The notes: generated from the letters alone by a model not told the origin. Counted from the first letter of the stretch, positions 26,371-40,460 are shown. The stretch is 64,000 bases of DNA from Schmidtea polychroa (GCA_044892525.1 CM097885.1:49416001-49480000); one strand, 5' to 3'. Numbers and translations: made by a program.

Positions 26371-27895
26371 TGCTAAAATGTACAAAAAAATAAACAATGA
26401 GAATCTCGATATACACAAAAGTTTAAATAAAAAATGAAACTATTAATATACAAACAAATTTTTCTACAAATATTGAATTCACTTAAACATATTAAATAAT
26501 GGAAGTAATTAATTAATAAAAACAATTTTCTAATTCGTTTATAGTTCTCAAATAAAACTATTATTTTAAAAGAATATTAAAAAAATTAATTTTTAAATGT
26601 ATTTAAATATGATCTCTATACCTTTAGTATTGCACCTCAAAATTAATTAAAAACTCAAAAGATATTTTCATCTCATTTATATATAAAAATTTAATTTAAT
26701 TTAATTTAATTTTTTTAACAATACAACATTAAATAAGATATTGTAACACTTATTGTAATGAACTGGAAACAAAATTTGTTTTAATATAAAATGGGAAATG
26801 GGAAAATTGTAATTTGAATTTTGATACGAATAAAGTTATTCAATTATTTGTTCTCAGCATTCATTTAAATAATGTCAGAAAAACTCATGTAAAATTGACA
26901 GAATCTGTATCCTCACTGACGTTACCAGATATAATTTTTATGTTCTTGGATAAAGCATGATCGCCAAAATGTTGGTTTGCTCTTTTCGAAGCAACATTCA
27001 GCTTCAAGCCAACACAATCACAGAAATTCAATCGTATATTATTAAACTTACCTCAACAGCATTTATTGTCGACTGTAATTCAAAATCATAGCCATCGAAA
27101 GTTACGAATCTTCAAGTGCACAATTGCAGTCAATATCGAATTTAAGTATTGAAACAAATTCATGAAATCTTATGCAACACAAATTTCCTATATTTCTAAA
27201 AGACAATCGACTAGCCATATTGACATCAACTGAGCAAAGTAGAGGACATTATAGACTGTTGGTTACTTAGGGGTGTGTCATTTTAAATTTTTAAATGCAT
27301 TAGGGGTAATCATATCTATTCACTCGACTCTTTCCTAAGCACCTCCATGACTATTGCAATTTAACCATTTGTGTACCCATTCTATTATACGGGGTTTATT
27401 GATTCTTAATGTGTGATGTAGTTTATTTTATTTATTTTAAATTAAACCTTGGTCATAAATTTTTTTTCAACTTTGCGGTTTTTGTGTTAGGCATTTTCGA
27501 TCGATTAAAACAAACTCTCAGTTCTCGTTTTCAGCCCAACAAGACTATGCCCAAGGATATTTGACTTGACAAATTTGAAGATTTGAACATTTTTTAAGAG
27601 ATAAATGTATTAAATTTTGTTTTAATGAAGTAATTAATTATTTTTTTTTGTTTTAATGAAGTGTTTTTTTCTAATTATTTGTTTAAGTGCAATAAATTAA
27701 TTTTATTATAACAGTCGCTAAATAATGGCATCGATTTAAATATAGGTAAAACGCCAAAAAAACTTATTCATATTGAGCCAAGCAGCGATTTATGTCACGT
27801 TGGAATCGTAAAGCCCTTTCTACGTTTGTGTCATTTTGTATAAAATGATTACCCAGCTTACTTCCCAAAGACCTTATGTTTCTTTTTTAAAGCAA

Positions 27896-27952
<57 letters not shown>

Positions 27953-28202
27953 ACTACAAGATTTTTCGATAGACTGACTGTCATCGTCAGTTAAAATTGA
28001 TATTCAAACTAAATAAATCTAAATTACTCTTTTTTGAACAAACAAACTAATTTATTAATTTTTTTTGATACAATTTTGTTAAAAATTATAAAATTCTGTT
28101 TTATCAATTCAAATTTTTAATATTAACAAAAAATGAAAAGAAAAGAAACAATATTTCTATAAATTTTTCACAAAATTGTATTTACTAATATTAATCAATG
28201 TC

Positions 28203-28330
28203 TTCAATTGATATTGATCAGGAACTTGAGAACAGAGATGATGAAAAGTCATTCCAATGTCTGTGGTCTTACATCATGCCCGTCATCTTTGTTCTCAAGT
28301 TCAAGTGATAATTGATCGATATCGACCGAA
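28203..28330 (+). other. Long RNA-compatible hairpin
   Basis: 22-bp inner stem (28222-28243 / 28281-28302) whose only non-Watson-Crick pairs are G-U on the + strand, plus an outer imperfect 18-bp stem. Confidence 0.6.
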
Positions 28331-28560
28331 AGAATTAAGAATTTTAAAATAAGTAAAGTAAAATTTTAACTTAAGTAAGTTAAAATAATAATTTTAAAAG
28401 TGAATATATTTAATGTGATATATTTTCCAAATACACTAACATCTGAGAAATAAATAATGAGAAATAAATTTTTAATTCAAATTTACAAAGATAATTTTTA
28501 ATATAAATTTTAATGAAATTATTTTTCAACTTATTTTTCAAGTGATTAATAATAATAATT

Positions 28561-28730
28561 AGACCAATCCCTCGATTAACGCGGTAGATACGTTCCAAGA
28601 AACTAACGCGTAAATCGAAATTCGTACAAAAATGATAGATAGGTTCTAAAAATAAAAATCTGCGTAAATCGAGACTTCGAGTTCATATAAAATAAGGGGA
28701 TAGGTTCCAGAAACTCGCATAAAACGAGGC
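28561..28730. mobile_element. Possible single-end remnant of a pogo/Tigger-type element
   Basis: CCCTCGATTAACGCGG...GTTCC with repeated GCGTAAATCGA subterminal motifs; no partner end found. Confidence 0.3.
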
Positions 28731-29470
28731 ATAAAAAATTACATAATTATTTGCGACATAAAGAAAACAAAATTCATTGTAAATTAATTGAATAGTTTTC
28801 AAATGTACATACTTTTTAATATTCATTTAAATTATATTACACCTGATTCCAAAATTTAGTAACTTCTATAATCTTGAAAAAAATCAATAAATTTATAGTA
28901 TAGGAAAACGTAAACTTACCTATGTGTAGAAACTTATTGTTCCGATATTTAATAACTTTATTATAGGAATTTTGAAGGTGAGAGAAAAATAATTGAACAT
29001 ACCAACACAAAACACATGATGAAAAATACATTGGTGGGTTACATGTAGTCAGACATCTTACCATTTCGTGTTGTTTCCAGCGTAACCCAGAATACAAGGT
29101 TGATCCTACCAATTGATACCCGATGAGTAATCATCGTTGGTAATGTATCGACTGGGTGAGTACTCGCAAAAAGTGAGCGCACTACTTGCACTATAATTGT
29201 CAGGTACTCCTTGGGTCCACGGACTATCGATAGGAGATATATGTCCGATTTCATTGGTCCCTTGACTCTATTGTTTTCCAAAAATCGCACAACTTTCACT
29301 CAACCTCATCATCCGAGATGCATGACTTTATCATCAAAATATTACACTTTATTTATACATTAATCATATTGTCGTTCATTATCCATCAAGCGGTTTTAAT
29401 TTCGATAATTCCGGTTCGAGTCCTTGTTCGGCTAGTCACTGTCGTTTTAATCGCTCGCGCCCATCTCGGT

Positions 29471-29818
29471 CTAGCCGCTTTCGTTTGGCCTTAGGCTCGA
29501 CTGGTGGATCTCGGCCAATTCCGTAGTCATTGGTCGGACGGCTGCCGTGACGTGTTCGTCTATTGTCTTCTGATTCAGCCGCGTTTCTATGGCTCGCATC
29601 TGTAATTTCAGGGCGCGTATTTCGGTTTTGTCCTGAGCGCTCTGGAGCTGCAACTGCTCGATCTGCTTAAAATTTTTGTGCACCACTTCGGGACGAAACC
29701 AGGTTTGCTCCATGTTCCGGCATCGTTCTTTAAACTTGTTGATGCTGGATTGAAGTCGCTCGACTTGTTGCTGAGCCTGCTCTCTATCTTTTCGAAGACC
29801 TTCGAATAACTTGTACAC
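29471..29818 (-). CDS. Unknown coiled-coil exon/ORF with a TWFxP motif
   Basis: GC-rich and preceded by an acceptor-like TTTAG. LQSSINKFKERCRNMEQTWFRP resembles LQAQIGRYKKRIDELVGTWFSP in ORF 13060. Confidence 0.4.
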   Translation of the reverse strand: MYKLFEGLRKDREQAQQQVERLQSSINKFKERCRNMEQTWFRPEVVHKNFKQIEQLQLQSAQDKTEIRALKLQMRAIETRLNQKTIDEHVTAAVRPMTTELAEIHQSSLRPNESG

Positions 29819-30068
29819 TAAATTATAACGTACTTAAAGGCATCCCCAAAACTCAACTCTCTACAAATATACAATAATCATTAATTCCTCACACGCATGC
29901 TAAATCCCTGCGCACAATTAAAATAAGATAATTCATTATGAAGGGTAAACCAATTTTATTTATTAATAAATGATATAGCATAAACTAAAATGACAAGGCA
30001 ATAGAACACAAAGCAATCACAAAAGGAAAAATTGTTATTGTTATTCTGGTCCAATCACATGTCCGTAT

Positions 30069-30440
30069 TCAACTGCGTGGAGTTGTCTTCCGAGGGCGTC
30101 CGCGTTTTCTTGTCTTTCCCGGCTTACTTTCCGCTTCCTCGATAGACCGAGCGGCTTCGAGCGCTCGGAGCTGGGATTGAATCCGCCAGAGTTCACGTTT
30201 AGCTGTTTCAACGACGTCGATAGTTCGATCCCGAGCCTCCACCAGCAAGTTATTGTATGGCTCCGTTTTTACCCACGCAGGTGCATCGGGTTCAAGCCCA
30301 CTGCGAATAAGGGAACCCCAGTTGTCGAGATCCAGGCCCCGATTCTAATCGTGGATTCGATACCATACCTAACGAGTACGAACCCGAGTTATCATTGCCT
30401 CGTGTTGGTTTTCTGCACTATCCGTACTAGATTGAGACAT
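30069..30440 (-). pseudogene. GC-rich decayed ORF ending in an AT-hook (KTRKRGRPRKTT)
   Basis: My translation from the ATG at 30440 has internal stops and ends RKRGRPRKTTPRS*. Confidence 0.35.
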
Positions 30441-31341
30441 TTCTAAATTTAAAATTTTCAATTTCGTCTATTTCAACTTTAATCTTCATCACTCGATCCC
30501 AAGTCTGACAGGTTATATTAGTGTATAAATTATTTGGCCAGATTCCTTTGCTCTTTACAAAAAATATTTTGGTAACAATTTAATTCACGGTGTTTAAATC
30601 ACGTATTCACGATTATTACAGGTTACTAATTTGAATTTGTTTAATGTCAATTTATAAATATTAAATTTTTACATTTTTCTTGTAATTTGAGATTTTCTCT
30701 AAACTGGCATAATTTAGATTTACTAGAAGCAAGAATGTGGTAAAAAGAAAAGAAAACTCCTCAATAACCAACATCGTCGGCAATCCACTTTTGGTTCTCG
30801 CAATTTTCTCTCATTATACACGGGGCAACAAAAGGGTAATAATCACTTTCTGGAATGGTTACCATTATAATTCGCGTTCCAGGTTCATGACAGGAATTCG
30901 GTTCCCGGGGATGATGATCATCTTGGAGATGGGAAGTGCCGGTGTGTCTCTTATTTTCCAACTTTGATCGAACAAGTTAATTGGGAATCAGGCTCCCTTT
31001 TTGGACAATATATCCGATTGCCCTTGAAGTAGTACTTAATTGACGATTGTACATCGCTACAATCGCGGGGAATTCGTCAATAGCGCATCTCCATTGGATT
31101 CCTGTCCCTCAAAGCAGCACACATTATGATCTCAATGAGTTATGGTTCTCCGGATCTTTAACTCTATACAATTATGCTATGGAAGGAATGTAGTTGGATT
31201 TTGGCTTTTCCGTTAATATTCAATGCATTTAGTAATTTAACAGACTGGAATCAAATACTATGATCTGACAATATGATTTTTAGCACTTTTATTTTCTAGT
31301 CGGTCAATTTTAATTATAACTCATCAGTTGACTACTTATGA

Positions 31342-31434
<93 letters not shown>

Positions 31435-31437
<3 letters not shown>

Positions 31438-33929
31438 TAGAGCCTCGAGTTGCGTTGTCCCAACTTGCGTCCTTTCGAGTTGCGCCAAAAAAATTTTCGA
31501 TACCGTAATTTTGAGTTGCGTTGCTAATTTTCGAAATGCGTCGAAAAAAAGTTTTAAAATAAAATTTAATCAAAAAATAGCATAACGTCTATATTCAAAA
31601 ATTAAACTTTAAACCGAAACTAAAATGCCATGATTTATTTTAAAATGCAGCTGCAAATGAAATAATTTTTTATTGTGTATTTATTAGTATAAAAGTCTAG
31701 TTCTTAGTTGTTTGCATAACTTATAACTTATAACGTTTAAGTGTTTCTTGCTTTTTTAATAATAATTGTTTTAAATTCTAAAAACTCAATTACAATATAT
31801 ATACATTTCTCAAAGGTATTACATTTTGTTTATTGTTTTTTATTATTTTTTTGGTTTGTAATTGATTTTTTGAAATATTTTTTATTGCCCTATTGTAGAA
31901 TAGAATACTGAATCGTAAACGATCGTCAGATGAAAATGGTAAAAAATCTACGAAAAGAAATAAAAAAGTAATATCTTTGGACGTAAAACATGATATTTTA
32001 CAACGTTTCCAAGCGGGAGAAAAGCGGTTTTCATTGGCAGAGCTCTCGGGCTAGCTCCAACAACAGTAAGAACTATCTGCAATCGCGATGCAAAACAAAT
32101 CAAAACATATGAAGCAGCAACAGATTCCCAATTAAAAAGTACTGTTATAAATCGAAATGCATTAATAGTTTAAATGGAATCTCTACTTTTAATTTGGATT
32201 GAACATCAAACTCAAAAAAGTATGCCGCTGAGCAAAATGGTTATTCAAGCCAAAGCCAAATCTATTTACGATGATCTGCAAGTAAAACTTCCAATATCGA
32301 ATAAAGCAATTTATGAACAATTTAACGCTAGTGGTGGATGGTTTGAGCGTTTTAAATTTCGCGGAAATCTGCACAACATTTGTTTGAAAGGTGAGGCAGC
32401 TAGTGCAGATCTCACAGCAGCAAATGATTTTAATAAAATATTGAAGGCTGTTATACAGGAAGGTGGCTACAGTTCTAAACAGGTGTTTAATATTGATGAA
32501 ACAGGTTTGTTTTGGAAATGTCTGTCGAAAAGAACCTATATAGCAAAAATAGAATCTTCTGCACCTGGTTTTAAAGTAAGTAAAGATCGCCTAACTATAC
32601 TTCTTGGAGGCAATGCCAATGGTGACTTCAAACTAAAACCATTGTTAGTTTATCAGGCTGAGAATCCTAGAGCTCTAAAAGGTGTTGATAAAAGAAATCT
32701 TTCTGTGCATTGGCGATCTAATAAAAAAGCTTGGGTCACTGTTTCTTTGTTTGTTGATTGGTTGGTCAAATGCGCCATTCCTGAGTTCAAAAACTATTGC
32801 AAACGGGAAAATTTAACTTTTAAAATATTGGTACTACTGGATAATGCACCAGGACATCCAACATATATAGATGATCTATCAGATAATGTAAAATTTTTAT
32901 TTATGCCTCCAAACACAACTTCACTTATTCAACCAATGGATCAAGGAGTAATCTCAAATTTTAAGTCATACTATATTCGCCGGACATTTAAACAGCTACT
33001 GCATGCTGCCGATGCAAATAAAGAAACTTCTATGGCTGTATTTTGGAAAAACTACAATGTATTGAAAGCTGTTAAAAATATTGGTGATTATTGGGCAGAA
33101 GTAAAATCCTCTTGTATGAATGGTGTATGGCAAAAAATATGGCCAGAATGTACAGCAACTTTTACGGAAGTTGACGATGTGCCATTAGTTCGGGCAGAAA
33201 TAGTTAACTTAGCCCAAGAAGCTCATTTCGAAGGATTGGACGAGGCCGATTTCGATGAAATTTTAAATGTAGAAGAGGATTTTGATGTTAGTACCGCAGA
33301 TTTAATTGAAATGGCTCAAAATATTTATGAGAATGACGACAATTCCGTAGAAGTACCAGAAGTGAAACAATTAACAACAAAGGGTATGGGGAAAGCAATT
33401 AAATTAATATCTGAGACATTAGAAATATTTGTTGCAGAAGATCCAGATACTGATCAAAGTACAAAGGTTACTCAAGCTGTAGAGGCCTCCATCAGCTGTT
33501 ATAAAAAAATTTATTTGGATAAAAAACAAAAGGCAGTTCAAATAACTCTGAATAATTTTATAATAAAACAACCAAAAGAAAAGCAAACGCCAAGTCCTGA
33601 ACCAACGCATGAATAAGAATCTGAATAAATTCTATAAATTTATGTTGCTTCATTATTTTACATTATTTTAAAATTCTATTAATGTTTGCATTAGTTTTTG
33701 GTTTAATAAAACTTATTAAATAATAGTTAATCTATTCATACCTATTTTTTATTTAAATATGTAGCAATATAACTAATTTTTATTTAAAAACATGGATTTC
33801 AGATTTTATCGGAACCTATTATATAAAAACAAATACAAATGTATACAAAATTAAAATTCGAATTGCGTTGTTTCGAGATGCGTCGCGATTTATTGGAACG
33901 CATTAACGACGCAACTCGAGGCTCTAGTG
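31435..33929 (+). mobile_element. Tigger/pogo DNA transposon, full length
   Basis: TIRs (C/T)ACTAGAGCCTCGAGTTGCGT with a TA TSD; the left end lies in a (TA)n tract; internal transposase. Confidence 0.92.
32174..33616 (+). CDS. Tigger-type DD32D transposase; the N-terminal psq-HTH (about 31910-32173) is disrupted
   Basis: CENP-B HTH (ASGGWFERFK) and catalytic FNIDETG, LLDNAPGH and QPMDQG. Upstream KKVISLDVKHDIL and ALGLAPTTVRTI are separated by a frameshift and a stop. Confidence 0.88.
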   Translation: MESLLLIWIEHQTQKSMPLSKMVIQAKAKSIYDDLQVKLPISNKAIYEQFNASGGWFERFKFRGNLHNICLKGEAASADLTAANDFNKILKAVIQEGGYSSKQVFNIDETGLFWKCLSKRTYIAKIESSAPGFKVSKDRLTILLGGNANGDFKLKPLLVYQAENPRALKGVDKRNLSVHWRSNKKAWVTVSLFVDWLVKCAIPEFKNYCKRENLTFKILVLLDNAPGHPTYIDDLSDNVKFLFMPPNTTSLIQPMDQGVISNFKSYYIRRTFKQLLHAADANKETSMAVFWKNYNVLKAVKNIGDYWAEVKSSCMNGVWQKIWPECTATFTEVDDVPLVRAEIVNLAQEAHFEGLDEADFDEILNVEEDFDVSTADLIEMAQNIYENDDNSVEVPEVKQLTTKGMGKAIKLISETLEIFVAEDPDTDQSTKVTQAVEASISCYKKIYLDKKQKAVQITLNNFIIKQPKEKQTPSPEPTHE

Positions 33930-34339
33930 TACTTACAAATCCTAAATAACAACACCTGGGTACTAACAATCAGATACCAAAAACCATTAAGTACCAACAA
34001 CGAAGTACTAACAGCTGGTTACTAACCACAAAGATATAACACATAAAAATAATATCAATTAAATTACATAAAGAAATAAGACAAAATAAATAATAAACTT
34101 TACTATTTAAATAATAAACATCAATTTTTTATAGTTCTTTCGATTCTTCGTTGTCATAATAAAGGGGTAGGTAATAAAGATATATGCATAATAAAGGTGT
34201 ACTAATTAGTGTCCACGGGGGAGAATAATAACTGGAGAATAATAATAATAATAATAAGTAAAATATCACATAATTAAAGTATGAATATTCGACAAATTCA
34301 ATAAGTTACTAACAATAATTTTTAAAATTACAAAATAAC

Positions 34340-34620
34340 CATTACATAACAAAAAGCCATTACATAACAAAGAACTGTTACGTAACGAAGGGATATTGCA
34401 GAACAAAGACTTATTACATAACAAAGACATATGACCCATCATTTAAACACAGGCATATTACATAACAAAGGTATATTACATAACAAAGAAATATTATGCA
34501 ACAAATACACACTACATAACAAAGAACTATTACATAACAAAGTCACATTACATAACAAAGTCATATTACATAACAAAGTCATATTACGTAACAAAGACAT
34601 TTTAAGAAACAAAGAGATAT
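34340..34620 (+). repeat. About 21-bp tandem repeat with an ATTACATAACAAAG core
   Basis: About 12 imperfect copies, directly visible. Confidence 0.85.
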
Positions 34621-34898
34621 GGCTCATCATAATTATTAAATATATTACGTTGCGGTATTTTAAAATTTAAATATATTTTAAAAACACATTTTGACGCTAA
34701 AGTTGACTTAACAAAGACATAATATAATTATTGCACATACTTTGCACATACTTTGCATTAGTATTATTAATATTATATACTCTGACTTTATCCGACAAGA
34801 TATTCTGTCCCCCTATGGGTATTGGTCGTAAAGGTACTACTCACATTCAACATGTCGCAAGGTTACTGCTAAAAATATTCAAGGCAAAACTTTAACAT

Positions 34899-35014
<116 letters not shown>

Positions 35015-35111
35015 AATGTATAAAAATACAAGAAAAAAATTGATCACAAAGGTACTGCTAAAAATATACAAGGCAATAAAATCAATACATTTATTAAATA
35101 ATTTAACCACA

Positions 35112-37436
35112 TCATCTAAAATAATCATGTCCAAAATAATTATCATCTGCTGAATCATGAAATCATCTGGATCATCTGCTGAGACAGCTTCTGTTGAATC
35201 TATAAATATATAGGTGTCACCGCCCCTATAATGGCCATATGCCAAACTTTGATTTTTATCCACCCAATTTCGCTTATCATCTCTACATGTCAAGGCTCTT
35301 TTATTATTTTTAATACTAAAAAGTTGGTGATTTTTCGATGTTATTCTAAACTGAGAGACTGTGTATATTTTATCGTTTAAATTACAATCTAGATACGACT
35401 GATGTGTTAGTCCAGTATCTTTCATACTAATCCCCTTAGCCTTCATATTTTCCTCATCACCCAATAAACTGTAACATGTAGGTCTCAAGAACACCCAATC
35501 TTTATATAATAGTCCTTTATTTTCGTCTTTGAATTTACCAATGACAGAATCAAGGTTTCTACTATATAAAGGATGATTTGGGTCATAATTCGAAGTGTCT
35601 AATAATTGATCCCTAATCATCGCAGGTAAAAGAATGTCAAGACTACAATGTTTAATTTCCAAGAAGAAGGAATCAGTGTCCCCAGCTTCAATATTAATTT
35701 CGCAGTTGAATTCGTCGCGATATTTTTGCAACTCTTAATACTGCAGCTGGTACATTCTAAGTTTGGATAAATCTAGTACATTTTGACTAATGTAACTAGG
35801 TCTATTCAAACACACTGTGCCCTTCCTCAATAAAAACGAAATCAAGTCATCATCGATTTTCGTGGATGCGGTATCCGGGTCTGTTTTTACATAGTGTTTA
35901 TTTACAAAAGTTAGTCCATCACGGATACCGCCCTCAAAAAAGTTATACATCTCCATATCGGTGAGGAGCTCTATTGGACAGTTTAAAGTTAATAATGCGG
36001 AATTCCAAGACATACCTGAAATCCCTAAGAAATTTAATGGCTCTAGTCGGTTATGAGCAATGGACTTAGCTCTAAATTGTTGGAAAAAATCAGCTGAAAG
36101 GAAAACATCAAATTTTAAATAAACCATCATGTAATCAAAAAGTGAAGTACATGAAGTTTCAAGCCAAATTCTCTGAGCTGTCCTATATTCAGCGGGAGTC
36201 ACATCTTTCCAAATAGGAGGTAACTGATGAGTGTTTTTCAAAACCTCTAAGGAAGTTGCGGCATCATAAGGAAAAATTTCCTTTGCAGTTATTATTGTAC
36301 CCTGAAATTCTGATTCGGTCAAGAGTAAAGATGATAAAATTTTGACAGCATTATTTAAAGACTCGCTGATAAATATATAAGAGTCTAAAAATTTAACTGT
36401 TAATGAGTCAATCCTAGCAAAAAGACTAAGGAATTTCTCACTGGTTAAAGGAATACAGCTAATATTCCATGAATGACGTTTTGAAAGGCCAAATTTTAAG
36501 ATATGATGCATATCATAACCCTTTAAATTATGAAATTCAACAGGAAGGGTATGTCTAATTTGCCTCGACAGATTACAAGTCGAACAAGCGGCAACAAGAT
36601 ATAGACCGGTAAAATGGCCATGGTCCCTAACAGGACTAACTAAAGGTTTATTACACAAATAACATGATGTGCTGTTTTCAAACATTAATTGTTGTTTATC
36701 TGTAATTATCATTTTCTTTTGATAAGTTTTATAATAATAAGGTGTTACAATATATTTCCCTATCATTTCAATTTCAGTAAGAAATTGATCGACACAATCT
36801 AAACCGGCGAACGACTTATAAATTTTTACGCCCGTAAAATTATTAATAAAAAGCATACCAGCAGAAATAGGCAGGTGACGTTGAAAGTATCGAGTGTCCT
36901 TAGGTAAGATAGCCTCAAAGTCGGCGTAAATAACAAAGGGATGAGTGACTGTTTTACTCCAATCAGTAAATTCTAAATATTTATTTTTAGGCAATGTGTA
37001 CAAGGTAGTACCAAGCTGATTTTTATCACAAAGACCCTTATGCCTATTAAAAGTGCCATCAATCATAAAACCGTTTAAACACCTAGGACACCACTGGTTA
37101 CAAATTCTAATAGGAGTGATTGAACTATTCCTACAATTAAGGAATCTATTTAGGTCTGTGATTGCAAGATAATGATAATTATCATTCTTTTCAATTAATA
37201 ATAAATTTATAGGTATGGCTCCTACTATCTTACTTCTGTATATTATATCAATAAAGGGATGCTTCATAACTGCATCTTCATCAGAAATGTCTATCAAAGC
37301 CTTTTCGTTGTAAGAAAATTAATACTATAACCTGGATTTTTTTGTTCAAATTTATTTATATTTGATAGTTTCATCGGCATATCATTAAGATCAAATTTAA
37401 TATCAGAAAGATTGTAGGAATTAGGACGATGACAGT
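35112..37436 (-). pseudogene. polB: pPolB pseudogene with an internal deletion of polymerase motifs A and B
   Basis: YADFEA, CYLC..RDHGHFTG, FHNLKGYD, GDTDS and DDKR are present. Stop at 35735-35737. The sequence jumps from NKHYVK to LNRPSYI. Confidence 0.9.
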
Positions 37437-39184
37437 TCTATATTTTTAATATAATATGATTATTATATAAATCACTGGTGACATCTACGACACCAAAAGC
37501 TATTTGATTAATATTATTATAATTATTATTATTATTATTACTATTATTATAATAATTATTACTACTAATACTACTATTAACAATTTCATCATAACTTATG
37601 GTGATTATTTCATCGTCATCACTTATGGTTATTACATCGATAACTTTCAATTTTTTAATTGGTATTAAATTTATTTTTTAGTTATTTTTTCTTTTGCTCG
37701 TTTTAATAAGATTATTTAATTGATCATTTAGTTTATTTACTTGATCTTTTAGATTATTTATTTCGTTTATATTATTATTATTATTATTGATATTATTATT
37801 AGTGTTGTTAACAAACGATTTATATAAGCTAAAGAAAAGATATTTCTTAGAAGGTTTAAATTGTTGGAGATTGGGCCTATGCTTATTAAAAAATTCCTTT
37901 TATGATAAAACTTCAATAACTTCACATTTAGGGCATAAAATGTAGGTGACACCGTTATATTTTTGACTATAATAGCTTTCCATTATATCATCAATGTCAT
38001 TATGATATAGACTATTGCAAAAGTTTTGATATTTCAAACCTATGAAAATATTTTTATCATAAAATGTTTAAAAAATATTAAGATCATTTTAATAATCATT
38101 TTCAAAGTTTAAGATATTTTTTCATAAGATATTATTCAAAATTGTCTTTTAAATAGTATCTTATAAGAAAACATCATATAATTTAACTAATATATTTAAA
38201 TAGTATCATAAAAATAATAAAAGCATTAAATTATGATTTGAAATAATATAAAAATTATAAAAATTATTATTATTATTATAACCTTTTTTTCATAAATCTT
38301 TCCATAAATAAATCTTCATAATTTTCTTTTCATAATTAAATCTTTTCATATAAATTTTCATAAATCTTTTCATAAATAAATCTTGTCATAAATCTTCTTT
38401 TCATAATCTTCATAAATAATTGCATATTCTTCTCATAAATAAAGCTTTTCATATAAATTTTCATTATTATTTAAAAATAAATCTTTTCATATAAAAATTT
38501 CATTATCATTATTATTATTTAAAAAACTTAAAACAATAAATAAACACTTACGTTTTCGTCCTTTCGAAAGAAATATCCCAGCATCAGAACCATCAGAACT
38601 ATCAGAAGTATTTAATACGTTTCCATCTAAAAGCAAAATATTATTAATAATAATAATAGTAAACGATTACCATTTATTCTATTCAAGTCTACAGCTTGTC
38701 CGGCGATATTCATATTAATTTGTTGATTAGAACCAAATAATCATATTAAAAATAATAAAATAATAAATTTACTATTAATTCCTACAACGATTTTTCCGTT
38801 AACTCTGAATATTGTTGTTGTTGTTCATGTTGATAATAGTTTTTGAAAAGCGATGAAAAAATGAAAGTGTAGACTATATAAGAGTGATATTACAAGTTTT
38901 ATTAACCGACCAATGAAAATAGAGATAGGAAAGCAAAAGATACTACATGTTTGTTTATACAAATCAGTTACTATATGACGAAATAATGACCTATAAGTTC
39001 ATGTCTTTATTACTCAGTGCTTTATTACTTTGCACTGTGCATGCACTGAACATGTAATGGTATGACATAATAATAATATTTTCAAACATAAAATAATAAT
39101 ATTTAACAAATATTAATATTATTTTTTAAATTAACTATATATCTTTGTCAACAAATAAAAAACAAATCATACAGTATACATTTA

Positions 39185-39520
39185 TTAACCATCAAATTTT
39201 TTACATAACAACCATGCCAAATAGTGTTGACCACATGTTTGAGTCAATGGATTTTGAAACATAGTTTTATTATATACAATAGGTTTCCCAATTGTTTGCA
39301 GTTTTGATATCAACAAAGCAGGATAATAGAAACCCATAGGATCGAATACGAATATATCACTAGGTTTCACATATATAGCTATCCAATGTTCTCCACCAAG
39401 ATGAGACGAATGAGTATTGACGATTATGGCTTGATTATTGCTCAAATAAGGAATTTTATCGAGAGGAAAAACACCTACAAATTAATTTCCTAATATTTGT
39501 TTTCCAATTCGATTAACCTG
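39185..39520 (-). pseudogene. Adenain-like cysteine protease
   Basis: IVNT...GEHWIAIY, FDPMG and FQ....TCGQH give the His/Asp/Gln/Cys set; upstream FVGVFPLD. Confidence 0.85.
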
Positions 39521-39598
39521 AACAGAACTACTTTAATAAAATTAAACAGTATCAAAAAAATTACTGCATGACAACTTTATAAATATTTCTGTATACAT

Positions 39599-40460
39599 TT
39601 ATACTAGCACGGTTCTATTTGCAGTAATTTGAACTTCATTTTCAAATACTCCATATATTATAACATGTACCGGTTCTGTAATGTCCTTTGCAAACTTAAT
39701 ATCCAGTCGTAAATTCCCGTTTTGTGGTAGTTGATTCTGATTTAAATCAAAATCGGGGGCTAAAACAAATGTGAAAAATGGGTATTTGGTTTTAAATTCT
39801 TCAAGAGTTCCACAAGTATTCAAGTATTCCACAATTCAAGTTTTTATCTAAATACCCCAAATTTCTAACAATACTCTGCATATATGTAGCACAGTAATTA
39901 TCATTATCGAAATCTTGATAATATGTTTCTCTATAATCAGAACCTTTAGACAAAGTAAATGAAGTAACACCAAAGTTTTTGAAAATTGAGCTGGAAGCAG
40001 TATAAGACCCATTATATTGTGTTTCACTTTGAAATGTTACCAGAATAAAATTAGGCATTCTTCTGTCACCAAATATTTGTTCTTTATAAAACGATGAAGC
40101 CCCTTTAGCAATAGCAAATTGTACAATTTCCTTTACCGCCCTCAATCTTGATATTATTAAATTCCAACACTGCATCTTTAAAAAGAGTATGAAACATGAA
40201 ATTGTTCGGCAATACATCTGCATTGACATACAAAACCTTTCTATATTTATCTACAACCTTGATTTGAACAGTCAATAAAGTATTGTTCAAATCTAAATAT
40301 TCAGTTTGCGAACCATTAATATAAAACTCGATATCATTTCTACTATCAGTAAGTGAATTCATGGGAAAAACTTCTTCAAAGGCCCCAAATTCGATTACCG
40401 CTTGAGGCGATTGTCTATCAAATATACATAATTCGGATTTACCACAAACCATTTTGCAAA
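39599..40460 (-). pseudogene. Major capsid protein (double jelly-roll), frameshifted and deleted
   Basis: KSELCIF..PQ..IE, IEFYING..EYLDL, NNFMFHTLF, MPNFILV and GNLRLDIKFA..VIIYG across three frames. Confidence 0.8.

Noticed and set aside
31310..31585. (IY)n ORFs on both strands
   Set aside because: They are a (TA)n microsatellite at the Tigger insertion site.
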